Virus record (IMG/VR): IMGVR_UViG_3300012808_000024
Location: 4,965 to 68,964 of that record
Length of the DNA stretch: 64,000 nucleotides
Reading direction: 5' to 3' (one strand)
DNA from: a virus
Lineage: Duplodnaviria; Caudoviricetes
The notes beneath the pieces were generated by a model that was not told where the DNA came from, did not search any database, and saw only the letters and a list, made by a program, of their open reading frames with translations. The first letter of the stretch is position 1, and every line of letters begins with the position of its first letter. A program made the position numbers and the translations under genes. Shown here one piece after another: positions 19,968 through 27,914 of the stretch.

Positions 19968-20034
19968 TCGGGGTCACCTCCGGTTGTATACGTAATGCTC
20001 ACGGCAGGCTTTGAGCCTAGCGGGAGCATAAAGG

Positions 20035-20346
20035 ATAAAAGATTACGTCCAGCAGCTAAAACCGTGCTGCTGTCCGGGCACCTTTCTTTACGGGCTTTTA
20101 ATACCGGGAAAAGATCTCGTAAAGAAGATAAGCCGCAAGGGAAGGTGGTTTTCCTTCCCGAAGCGAGGCGGGTGGTTTTTCCCGCCAATACCACAAGGAG
20201 ACGTTACGGCTCCGTTACACTCTAAGAATAAGAGCAGCTTTTGCCCGAAAACGCTCGAAACCCTTGCGGCTGTAAGGCGGAGGCCACTTTTCAACTGTGC
20301 AGTATTTGATACACTTTTGCCCGTTGCTGTGCAGTATTTGATACAC
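20035..20346. repeat. Origin-like region: hairpins with AAAACC loops, 11-bp inverted repeat, 20-bp direct repeat
   Basis: CTGTGCAGTATTTGATACAC at 20295 and 20327; AGCCGCAAGGG 20131 / CCCTTGCGGCT 20261; hairpins 20050-20072, 20139-20159, 20167-20186. Confidence 0.7.
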
Positions 20347-20347
20347 C

Positions 20348-21262
20348 TCAAAACGGAAGGGCCGACTCGTCTACGTTAATCCCCACGTCTTCGCAACCGT
20401 CCGCTATTTTCGCAGCCTGACGGAATTCTTCCCGAATAGCTTCCGTGTGTTCGTCGTATTCGTCACGCGGCCGTTTCCGATACATAATATCTGGATTGAC
20501 CCGTATGTAACGTACCCCTAACGTTTCCGATCGAATAGCAAATCCTGCTGCTAATACTTCGCGCATACAGCGGCTGGCTGTGTCTTTATCAATGCCTACT
20601 TCTTCCGCAAAGCGGTTTTGCGATAGTGGGCGTAGTTCGTCAAGGGTCCGCGCGTTAGGATTGCAGCACAAATAAAGATACTCGTAATGAATGTACGGTA
20701 TCATCTTGTACAAGAATCCGGCTGCTTGAATCGATATATTGGCGATGTCTGTCCGCGTCTTCGTCTGATAAATCCGCGTAAAGGCCGACTCTTTTATCGC
20801 TGTACCGATCGTATGATACTCTGGAGAGATGTCGTAAACGTTACGCTTCCCCTCACGGTTCGTGAGTAAAACGCCTGCTTGCATAAGACTGCCGATAAGT
20901 GTCACCGTCCAGCGGCGAGCCTTGCCAATAACTTTCGCGATTTCCTCGATACCCATTCGTTTGTCGGCCGCCATCAAAGCGCCGCCCTTATCAAATCGCA
21001 TATATGGGATCAGCTTCATGATTACGCCAATCTCGTTTAAGCTGAGTATATCGTTAAGTTTACGAACAGGTCCGTGATACGCAATGACGTAATTGCGACC
21101 AGAACCGGCACGCATACGTTCTTTCTGTCTACGCTTACTCTCTCGGATAGCGTCAAGTTGTTCGTAACTCATTACGCTGTGTTCGGTTTCGTCAACGATA
21201 GTTAACGTCCGTCCGGTAGTCTCGTCGTAATAGGTTTGTAGACCGAATATTTCGGAGCTCAT
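20348..21262 (-). CDS. Tandem winged-HTH, RepL-like protein
   Basis: Start ATG 21262 by ATGA coupling; two repeats of G...K.IPY..; EEIAKVIG and RFAEEVGI HTHs; IRVNPDIMY. Confidence 0.65.
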   Translation of the reverse strand: MSSEIFGLQTYYDETTGRTLTIVDETEHSVMSYEQLDAIRESKRRQKERMRAGSGRNYVIAYHGPVRKLNDILSLNEIGVIMKLIPYMRFDKGGALMAADKRMGIEEIAKVIGKARRWTVTLIGSLMQAGVLLTNREGKRNVYDISPEYHTIGTAIKESAFTRIYQTKTRTDIANISIQAAGFLYKMIPYIHYEYLYLCCNPNARTLDELRPLSQNRFAEEVGIDKDTASRCMREVLAAGFAIRSETLGVRYIRVNPDIMYRKRPRDEYDEHTEAIREEFRQAAKIADGCEDVGINVDESALPF

Positions 21263-21447
21263 CGACGGGCAGCCTCCTTTGTTGCGCTGTACTCGTCTAA
21301 AGATCGTCTCACGGCGGTAGTTTTCTCGAATAACCAAAAGCGACCGCCCGTTCTTTCGTTCATCCCCACGCAAATGTACCGGTGACCCGCTGACAAAAGG
21401 AATCGGAACATAGCTGGTGAGTAACAAAACAAATAATCGTTATTCAC
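21259..21447 (-). CDS. Small DUF5659-like protein
   Basis: Reads GTG AAT AAC GAT on the minus strand (track labels it +); FCYSPAMFRFL..YICVG.N..T...FWLF; GGAG RBS. Confidence 0.7.
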   Translation of the reverse strand: MNNDYLFCYSPAMFRFLLSAGHRYICVGMNERTGGRFWLFEKTTAVRRSLDEYSATKEAARR

Positions 21448-21520
21448 AAATTACCACTCCATTCGGAATAATTAAGGGCCACGTAATACATACAAGCTTT
21501 TATTCTATGGTAACTGCTGC

Positions 21521-21748
21521 CTATTCCGTAAACGTCAGCGCGTGTAGAATAAAACGAGCAACTAACGGAGCGTCTACCGCTGTTCTAAAGTTCTCAAACC
21601 AACCTTGAACAGACGGGATGATGGCGATAGAAAAATCGAACTTATCTTCGTAATCCATAGCGGACAGCTCAGCGAAATCGTATCCTAACTGCTCAATAAT
21701 TACGCGGGCAGAATAAGCAGTTTCACGACCAAATGTATACTCACCCAC
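21521..21748 (-). CDS. Hypothetical protein
   Basis: GGAG 10 nt before GTG 21748. Confidence 0.45.
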   Translation of the reverse strand: MGEYTFGRETAYSARVIIEQLGYDFAELSAMDYEDKFDFSIAIIPSVQGWFENFRTAVDAPLVARFILHALTFTE

Positions 21749-21945
21749 TCGCAATCGTCTCCATTTCGATAGATTAAAAAAAAAATAACCGGCATGACCC
21801 CGCGAAAGCGCAGTATCAAGCCGGTACATTACGTATAGGCAACTAATCACAGGTAAAGGGAGCGTTTTACAGAGGAGTTTTCCGGTAATTTGTCGAATAA
21901 TTAGGCGTAATTCAGCGATATAGGAACCGAAAGGAAGCCGTTAAC

Positions 21946-22188
21946 ATGACGAAAAGTACGAAAGCGACGATAAAACCGCTCCCTACACTGCTTCACTTAC
22001 GGACAGCAGCCGCCGAAGGTCGGTCAATTCTCGTATTCCAAGACGGGGAACTCACCGGCAGCGGCCGTATAGATGCGATAAAGGAGACGGAAGAGGGCAC
22101 ACTTGTTACGCTGATCGAGGAAAAAGGGATGCGATATGTGTTCGGGAGTTGTTCGTTCGGATATATGAACATACGGAGGAGTCGTTGA
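21946..22188 (+). CDS. Hypothetical protein
   Basis: AAAGGA RBS; coupled to next + strand gene. Confidence 0.6.
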   Translation: MTKSTKATIKPLPTLLHLRTAAAEGRSILVFQDGELTGSGRIDAIKETEEGTLVTLIEEKGMRYVFGSCSFGYMNIRRSR

Positions 22189-22189
22189 G

Positions 22190-23563
22190 ATGAAAAAGAA
22201 CATACGAGATATAGTGGTACACGTATTGATCTATTTTGAAGGAAAGTGCGTCCAATGCCATAAATTGAACGAGGCTCTTGTTAAGGATTACGGCCCTCTC
22301 CCCGCACATGAGTTTGAGGATCAAATTGACAATGATAAATACTACCCCCGCCCGATTAAGTGTAGCCGGTGCGGAACGGAGTACAGCCCCGAAACGCTCC
22401 TTTGTCGGACAGTGGACGGGGATGTTATATCAAACACATCTATAGCGCAAGTAACGCAATATGACCCGGCTTATCAGGAGGCGCATTCGCGGCGTTTTGA
22501 GACGTTCGAAGCGCACGCGGACGAGTTTTGGGAAGCGTATTGTTTATTTGCCGCGGAAGACTGGAAAGCAGCGGTAGGGGAATTGTTCCGTTGGGAAATC
22601 GAGGAGGCATACGAACAACTTGGCGTGGACATGTCGGGGATAAAAACCGAGCAGCAGGCACGCCGCGATGCCGCTAACCGCTTTGTGACTTACGCGGAAA
22701 AGTCCGAATTCTGGCGGCTGGCAAACCGCCACTTTATCTACGAAGATATGTTAAATATTGGGCCTGACGGTTGGATAGCCGAGAGCGACGCGAAGAGATT
22801 CGGGCCACGGCGGGTGCGGTTTACGGTGATGCACTTCCCGATGGCTGCAATATTGGAGCCGACCCGTACAAAACATATCGCAGCCTTGTTCCGCCGCGAC
22901 AAAGGGGATAACGCCTTTTTCTTCCGCATGATCGCGCAGCAGCAGGACGAAATAGCACGGCTGCGGGAACGTAATCAGGAATTACAAAGGACAGCGGAGG
23001 CCAAAGCGCAAGAAGTCGCCGCGGCTCAAAAGAAGTTATCCGCAGCCTATGCGGAGTTACGAGAAGAGCGCGATAAAAAGGCTGTATTCTATCGTAGCCA
23101 GGATGATGTACGAAAAATAGCCGAATTGAAATCGTTTGTCCGCGAGCTAATGGAGTGGAAACGGGCAAATGAGGTAGCCGAAGAACCCGAGGAACAGCCG
23201 CCGGTGGAGATTCTGGAGGAAACGGAAGGTACGCCATCGCCCGCGACAACTCCAGACTGGTCGAAGCTGCAAGGACAAACAGTTTCGATTATCGGTGGCT
23301 GGCGAAAAGAGGCAGCGGCGAGGGAATACCCCTGCACGATACTTACGCACGATGGGCGCAAGCATGACCCGGATTTTGATCACACCTTGAGAGAGGCGGA
23401 TATTATCGTAGTGCTTACGCGGTTTGTCGGACACTCTGCCATGTGGGCTGCCAAGGCGTGGGCTATCGAGCATGATACGCCGATCCTGTACCTGTCGGAG
23501 ATTAATATGACACGGATACTGGACGCGGCAGCTTCCGTTAAAAAAGAAATAAGCAGCCTATGA
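22190..23563 (+). CDS. DUF2325-domain protein with N-terminal CxxC...CxxC and coiled coil
   Basis: VSIIGG..ADIIVVLTRFVGHSAM.AAK..A.E...PILY C-terminus; GGAGG RBS. Confidence 0.75.
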   Translation: MKKNIRDIVVHVLIYFEGKCVQCHKLNEALVKDYGPLPAHEFEDQIDNDKYYPRPIKCSRCGTEYSPETLLCRTVDGDVISNTSIAQVTQYDPAYQEAHSRRFETFEAHADEFWEAYCLFAAEDWKAAVGELFRWEIEEAYEQLGVDMSGIKTEQQARRDAANRFVTYAEKSEFWRLANRHFIYEDMLNIGPDGWIAESDAKRFGPRRVRFTVMHFPMAAILEPTRTKHIAALFRRDKGDNAFFFRMIAQQQDEIARLRERNQELQRTAEAKAQEVAAAQKKLSAAYAELREERDKKAVFYRSQDDVRKIAELKSFVRELMEWKRANEVAEEPEEQPPVEILEETEGTPSPATTPDWSKLQGQTVSIIGGWRKEAAAREYPCTILTHDGRKHDPDFDHTLREADIIVVLTRFVGHSAMWAAKAWAIEHDTPILYLSEINMTRILDAAASVKKEISSL

Positions 23564-23573
23564 CGGGCTGCTT

Positions 23574-24326
23574 TTATTTTCCTAAGAGAGGTTTATGATA
23601 TTTCTCTTCGGCAGCTTTACGCGCCTCTGCCGCTTCTTCCAACGTATCAAATAGACCTAGATACGTTGTCACTCCCTTAGTTGTTATATAGGCCTTGTAT
23701 CGATCTTGACCACCGATACGCTGAATCGATACACCCTTAACGCCAGTGGTGCTGTTGCTGCGTAAGCGCTGGTTGAGTAGACGTGCTGTTGTATAATCGC
23801 CACCTTTTCCCGCGCCCAATCGTTTGCCCCACTCGGAGCTGAGACAGCCGCAAGATTGCGTAGTCTTAGTTACTAGATTGCGGTACTCCACCGACGTGAG
23901 TTCGCCGCATTTACAGGCGCATATCCATCGGGTCGTATTCCCAGGGTCGCGCTCGATCACCTTGAGGCGGCCGAACTCTCTGCCTGTCAGATTGTATCGC
24001 ATCCTTCGGCGCAATTTGTAACGCTTCGGGTTAATCCGCTTCTTGTTGGCGTGATAAAACGCCAGCGCCGTTTTCCGGTCGTGTTCGGCGGCATGAAGCG
24101 GCTGACACGTCGGGCAGAATCGCTGATTTCCGCCCTCTATGTTATATTCTGCGCCGCACCTATCGCAGTTGTCGGATGACCCGAGAGAGCGTGAGTAGCC
24201 GTTTTGACGGTACTTCTTCGCTCTCTCCCTCTGGCGGATCACCCGACATTCCGGGCAATAGAATGCGCGGGGGCCTCCGCGAAACTTGGCGGGGCACCGC
24301 AGGCATTTGCGATCCATCATCGCCAT
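23574..24326 (-). CDS. AP2-domain protein with Zn-ribbons
   Basis: NSTTGVKGVS..YKAYI....YLGLFDTLEEAAEARKAAE; LTGREFGRL..W.C.CKCG..SCGC. Confidence 0.8.
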   Translation of the reverse strand: MAMMDRKCLRCPAKFRGGPRAFYCPECRVIRQRERAKKYRQNGYSRSLGSSDNCDRCGAEYNIEGGNQRFCPTCQPLHAAEHDRKTALAFYHANKKRINPKRYKLRRRMRYNLTGREFGRLKVIERDPGNTTRWICACKCGELTSVEYRNLVTKTTQSCGCLSSEWGKRLGAGKGGDYTTARLLNQRLRSNSTTGVKGVSIQRIGGQDRYKAYITTKGVTTYLGLFDTLEEAAEARKAAEEKYHKPLLGK

Positions 24327-24361
24327 TACGAGGAATCACCTCCTGTCAGAATTGCGAATAC

Positions 24362-24712
24362 TTACTCTGCCCCAAACACCTCGTCCAGCACTGCGTTTAC
24401 CGCGGCAGCGTGGTCTTCCAACTCGTTGCTTCCAGCAGACGCCACGGCATCATATACAGCGTCCGATCCATACGCTTCTCGTAATATCGCCAAACGCCCC
24501 TCCAGCGCTTCGTTGTCGGATAGAACTTTCGCCCACCAGTCATATGTAACTTGACTGGCCTCGTATACGTCAGTTCCCTCGATGCGTGCGAATTGCTCCG
24601 CGCAAAATCCCCCATGGTTGCCGATCATGTCGGCAGTGAAGTCTGTACCATTAGCGTCAACAGCTTTTAAAACTTCAATTGCTCCGGTTTCTTTTACTTG
24701 CACTTTAATCAT
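24362..24712 (-). CDS. Small acidic hypothetical protein (anti-defence candidate)
   Basis: GAGGAGG RBS; first gene after its own promoter; D/E rich. Confidence 0.8.
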   Translation of the reverse strand: MIKVQVKETGAIEVLKAVDANGTDFTADMIGNHGGFCAEQFARIEGTDVYEASQVTYDWWAKVLSDNEALEGRLAILREAYGSDAVYDAVASAGSNELEDHAAAVNAVLDEVFGAE

Positions 24713-24773
24713 TTTTATTTCCTCCTCTTGGCTCGGCGGTGACCGCCCGCAGCCTCTTCTTCTTATACTCTTA

Positions 24774-24820
24774 TTATATACCGCTTTACCTTAAAAGTAA
24801 AGGGGAACAATAAGGGAACA
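24774..24820 (-). promoter_or_regulatory. SigA-type promoter TTTACT-17-TATAAT with CTTTAC-N7-GTAAAG operator
   Basis: Inverted repeat 24784-24802 overlaps -35; GGGAACA direct repeats upstream. Confidence 0.75.
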
Positions 24821-24824
24821 GAGA

Positions 24825-25118
24825 TTATTTTTCGATATATGGGCGAATTGTATCTTCGTACCATATACCCGGCTCGTCAAACGGGGGGAGAGTCCCTCGC
24901 TTAACACGATCCCGTATAGCCTGCTTAGTTACGCCGAGGACTCGCGAGAGCGCAGACTGCGTATACTTCCCGCGGTGCTTTTCTGACTCGATGTCGCCGG
25001 GCCCGTAAGCCTGACCAGAGGGACTTACGAGAACCGGCTGTCCGTAGCTACTGGCGGCATGATCCGTGGTAATCCTCCAACCCGACCATACCCCGTCACC
25101 TTTCCAAATATCGCTCAT
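24825..25118 (-). CDS. Small protein with C-terminal HTH (Aca-like position)
   Basis: TQSALSRVLGVTKQAIRDRVKRG HTH; last gene of an operon of small ORFs. Confidence 0.75.
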   Translation of the reverse strand: MSDIWKGDGVWSGWRITTDHAASSYGQPVLVSPSGQAYGPGDIESEKHRGKYTQSALSRVLGVTKQAIRDRVKRGTLPPFDEPGIWYEDTIRPYIEK

Positions 25119-25462
25119 GACTCGACCACCTCCACGGAAGCGAAGTCGTCGAATCGGTACACATTACCGGAATGCTGCGTCAGGTTGTCGTACCCATACT
25201 CGAACAATTTTTCGACGGTAATCATCCCGTCCTCATGATCGGCATCGTCGCAATCGGTGGAAACGACCGCATCCCATTCCATTCGATTTAGGATGAGCGG
25301 GAGGCCGAGGCGTTTCGCGGCTTCGATTCGATGCGAGCCCTCCAGCGCGAACGCTGTTTCCCCGTCATACCACACGTTAACGGTTACGCTGCCTACTTTT
25401 GCGGCGTGCTCCATTACCGCCAATAGATGCTGCTCGTCATATCGGTTAATAGTTAAAATCAT
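25115..25462 (-). CDS. ParB/Srx-like N-terminal domain protein
   Basis: LEGSHRIEAAKRLGL resembles the DGxHR..AA..LG motif. Confidence 0.55.
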   Translation of the reverse strand: MILTINRYDEQHLLAVMEHAAKVGSVTVNVWYDGETAFALEGSHRIEAAKRLGLPLILNRMEWDAVVSTDCDDADHEDGMITVEKLFEYGYDNLTQHSGNVYRFDDFASVEVVES

Positions 25463-25629
25463 TTCGTCAACCCCTTATAATTTCGTTTGCGATCACGAAA
25501 CACCACTCGGCATGTTCCGTCTTCGCTGTCGTCCATGATCCGCAGCATACCTTCGGTGTCTACAAGAATCATGGGAACGATCAATTTTTCGTCGTACACG
25601 GCGTAGTCTAGGTGCCGCAGCCCTTTCAC
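25459..25629 (-). CDS. Small hypothetical protein (56 aa)
   Basis: GGAGGTGA RBS before GTG 25629, preceded by GAGACC-CTTCG-GGGTCTC hairpin. Confidence 0.6.
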   Translation of the reverse strand: MKGLRHLDYAVYDEKLIVPMILVDTEGMLRIMDDSEDGTCRVVFRDRKRNYKGLTK

Positions 25630-25700
25630 GGCGTTCACCTCCCGGAGAGACCCCGAAGGGTCTCCAATAGTATAAATCGGAAGGAGCCGGAGCCCCAATA

Positions 25701-25928
25701 TTAAATGCAGATCGTCTGACCCCGGAAGCAGTTGCCCATGTATCGCCACTCACCGTCTACCTTGGCGGCAGTGTGATAGGTCGCCCGCCAATTACCTTCG
25801 ACGTCTGGCCGGTGGCTGTACGGCTCACCAAACTGCACGAGGTCTGCTCTATGGGTTGCAGGCGGCAGGATGTTTATCCAATCGTCCACTTCCTCCGGGG
25901 TCATGATGTCCCCGATACTCTTAAACAT
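25701..25928 (-). CDS. Small hypothetical protein
   Basis: GGAGG RBS before ATG 25928. Confidence 0.65.
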   Translation of the reverse strand: MFKSIGDIMTPEEVDDWINILPPATHRADLVQFGEPYSHRPDVEGNWRATYHTAAKVDGEWRYMGNCFRGQTICI

Positions 25929-26007
25929 TGTTGGTTCCTCCAATTTGTGTTAGGATGGAGGAGGGAGTTAGCCGCTCCCTCCGTTGTGCTTATTGAGATG
26001 TAATGTG

Positions 26008-26226
26008 TTACTTCTGCTTACGTTGTCGTTGCCGCTGTATTGCGGCGTAACGCTCGTAAGCGAGTTGTTCTTCGTCGGTTAATGCGAACCGTCGAAGGAT
26101 GGCAGCTTCTTCATCCCGGAACACTTCCCGAGTCACCTTGCCGAGTCCCATTCGGTCACGTGCGGCTCGGAGATAGTGTTCTCTTTTTTGCATTTTATCG
26201 AATGCTCTAATTGTATGTTCGTTCAC
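26008..26226 (-). CDS. Small hypothetical protein
   Basis: GGAGGTGA RBS; first gene after promoter. Confidence 0.7.
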   Translation of the reverse strand: MNEHTIRAFDKMQKREHYLRAARDRMGLGKVTREVFRDEEAAILRRFALTDEEQLAYERYAAIQRQRQRKQK

Positions 26227-26253
26227 CTTGTTCTCACCTCCTTTCTATACTTT

Positions 26254-26302
26254 AATTATATTATACTTTACGTAATAAGTAAAGGGGAACAGAGGCGAAC
26301 AC
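26254..26302 (-). promoter_or_regulatory. SigA-type promoter TTTACT-17-TATAAT with CTTTAC-N7-GTAAAG operator
   Basis: Inverted repeat 26266-26284; near copy of the promoter at 24774-24820. Confidence 0.75.
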
Positions 26303-26336
26303 AATAAAAATCCCGCCTAGCCTAAGCCGGGCGGGG

Positions 26337-26365
26337 TTGTGAGCTGCGGAATAATATGTTACTAT
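26337..26365 (+). promoter_or_regulatory. SigA-type promoter for the repeat-containing small RNA
   Basis: TTGTGA (26337) -17 nt- TGnTACTAT (-10 at 26360-26365). Confidence 0.7.
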
Positions 26366-26387
26366 CTACTCATAGCCTTATGGCTTG

Positions 26388-26465
26388 GTCGCACCCCTAG
26401 AGGGCGCGTTGATTGAAACGAATCATTTTTCCGAAAAGCCCTTGTGAGGTAGCGCCTCTAGGGGC
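26388..26465 (+). CRISPR. Solitary type I-C repeat + 29-nt spacer-like segment + degenerate partial repeat (mini-array / Racr-like); no cas genes
   Basis: GTCGCACCCCTAGAGGGCGCGTTGATTGAAAC (32 nt, 26388-26419) fits the I-C pattern GTCGC-hairpin-GCGTGGATTGAAAC; second copy GTAGCGCCTCTAG-GGGC at 26449-26465. Confidence 0.8.
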
Positions 26466-26470
26466 TTTTT
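26435..26470. terminator. Bidirectional rho-independent terminator
   Basis: AAAAGCCCTTG-T-GAGG-tagcg-CCTCTAGGGGCTTTTT. Confidence 0.75.
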
Positions 26471-27074
26471 AGTTTGGCCAATTCCTCCGGTACAATATTA
26501 GCTGCCTGCGGCCGTCTGGGTAACTAAATGAAATCTCCACCACCTCACCCGCGTACATATAAACGGTCACCTCATCGTCAGCGCTTAGTTCTCTGTAAGC
26601 TTCGGCATGCACCAAATCCCCGTGCTTTTTGCCGGCCTCTGATAGAGGCATGCGGAGAACATCCGACTTTGCAATATAGTCCTCGTGATTCGGGTAGTAC
26701 CGCTTGCCGACCCACGAAGCCTGTCTGCGGATAGAATCCGCTGCCCACTTAGGCATGTGTAAGAGATGGTGACCTCCGCAATTATCACATCCTAACTGCA
26801 ACCCAGTGCCGTCCGATCCTGTCGGGCAACACGACCCGTCAAGGTTGGTCGCAAAGCATCCGGGGCAAAAATCTACGTATTCAGCCGTCATTTGTTGGTA
26901 CCTCCTAATGCCTTGTGCGAGGCTATTGATATATTCCGTCTTCCACGTAACTATCTCCGTCAACTGGTACCCCTCTTTGACTATTACCTCTATGTCTTCG
27001 AGGAGTTCTATTCTCCGTACCCGTCGTATGAGCGGATACAGAGAATAGGCCGATATTAATAGAATCCGAATCAT
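26469..27074 (-). CDS. Cys-rich (Zn-binding) hypothetical protein; alternative start ATG 26891
   Basis: CPGC, CC, CDNC; ATGA coupling at 27074, GGAGGT RBS at the internal ATG. Confidence 0.7.
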   Translation of the reverse strand: MIRILLISAYSLYPLIRRVRRIELLEDIEVIVKEGYQLTEIVTWKTEYINSLAQGIRRYQQMTAEYVDFCPGCFATNLDGSCCPTGSDGTGLQLGCDNCGGHHLLHMPKWAADSIRRQASWVGKRYYPNHEDYIAKSDVLRMPLSEAGKKHGDLVHAEAYRELSADDEVTVYMYAGEVVEISFSYPDGRRQLILYRRNWPN

Positions 27075-27808
27075 ACCGTCATGAACCGCGTTGTACCGAC
27101 GATCCCGCCGGACTCATTACGCACAGCCCCGGCTCCGGTGTCCGGTACCAGAATATCCGTGCGGTGGATGCCGTCTGCATCGAGGCGCTGCGCCACTACC
27201 AGCGATACAATGTAGTACGTGTTAGGCTGCGGATCGGGAAGCCCCGTAACGGCTCCGTACTCGCTGCGGAATACAGGGTAGCCGCCAACGGACGGAATCT
27301 CCACATACGATTGACTCACACGCGCCATTTCAGGCGCTCCCGGAAGTGTCATAAGCACCTCCGACTTGTCCGAGTTGTAAAGCGTGAAGGCGTGCGGTGT
27401 AAGGTTGATGAATACCGGTGGCTCCTGGAGACGCTCGATAAGCGCGTCAATTGCTGCAATATCGTCGGACATATCGTCCAAATCTCCAAACTCGATACTA
27501 AACGAAACTAGTGAATCACGCTGGTCATCGAGAAACATGCTCTCGGAGTGACTGCTAAAATTGATCGATACATCCTCGAAATCATCATTACGCAAAACCT
27601 TGTCCAGGTATACTTGCGCGTAACAACCGTCCCCATCACCATCAATCGAGAAATTGTCCTCACCGATCCCATCGACGATAATGTCGAACACCTGCTGCTT
27701 GTCACGGCGCTTGAGTTCGCGGAAATCACGTTCTCCTCCCGCCAAGATAGCCTCGCGTGCAGCCGCCAATACCGTAATCAGATCCGTTTTAGTCATAGTC
27801 ATGTTCAT
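27071..27808 (-). CDS. Two-domain protein: acidic N-terminal domain + NLTPH-motif domain (putative Crn4-like ring nuclease)
   Basis: FINLTPH..ARV..GLP.PQPNTYYIVS.VVA..R.DILVP..VRNESG.IVG. Confidence 0.6.
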   Translation of the reverse strand: MNMTMTKTDLITVLAAAREAILAGGERDFRELKRRDKQQVFDIIVDGIGEDNFSIDGDGDGCYAQVYLDKVLRNDDFEDVSINFSSHSESMFLDDQRDSLVSFSIEFGDLDDMSDDIAAIDALIERLQEPPVFINLTPHAFTLYNSDKSEVLMTLPGAPEMARVSQSYVEIPSVGGYPVFRSEYGAVTGLPDPQPNTYYIVSLVVAQRLDADGIHRTDILVPDTGAGAVRNESGGIVGTTRFMTV

Positions 27809-27914
27809 TCTCCTTTGCCCGTCTCTGCGGGCTTTAAATAGTATGCCTTATGGCACCCAGCGAGTACACAACGAGACTGACGTTATGTACTCTAGCGTGT
27901 CACAAGTTAATCAA

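Noticed and set aside
21259-21447. ORF track lists this protein on the + strand
   Set aside because: The sequence encodes MNNDYLF.. on the minus strand (GTG at 21447, TGA at 21261-21259); annotated as minus
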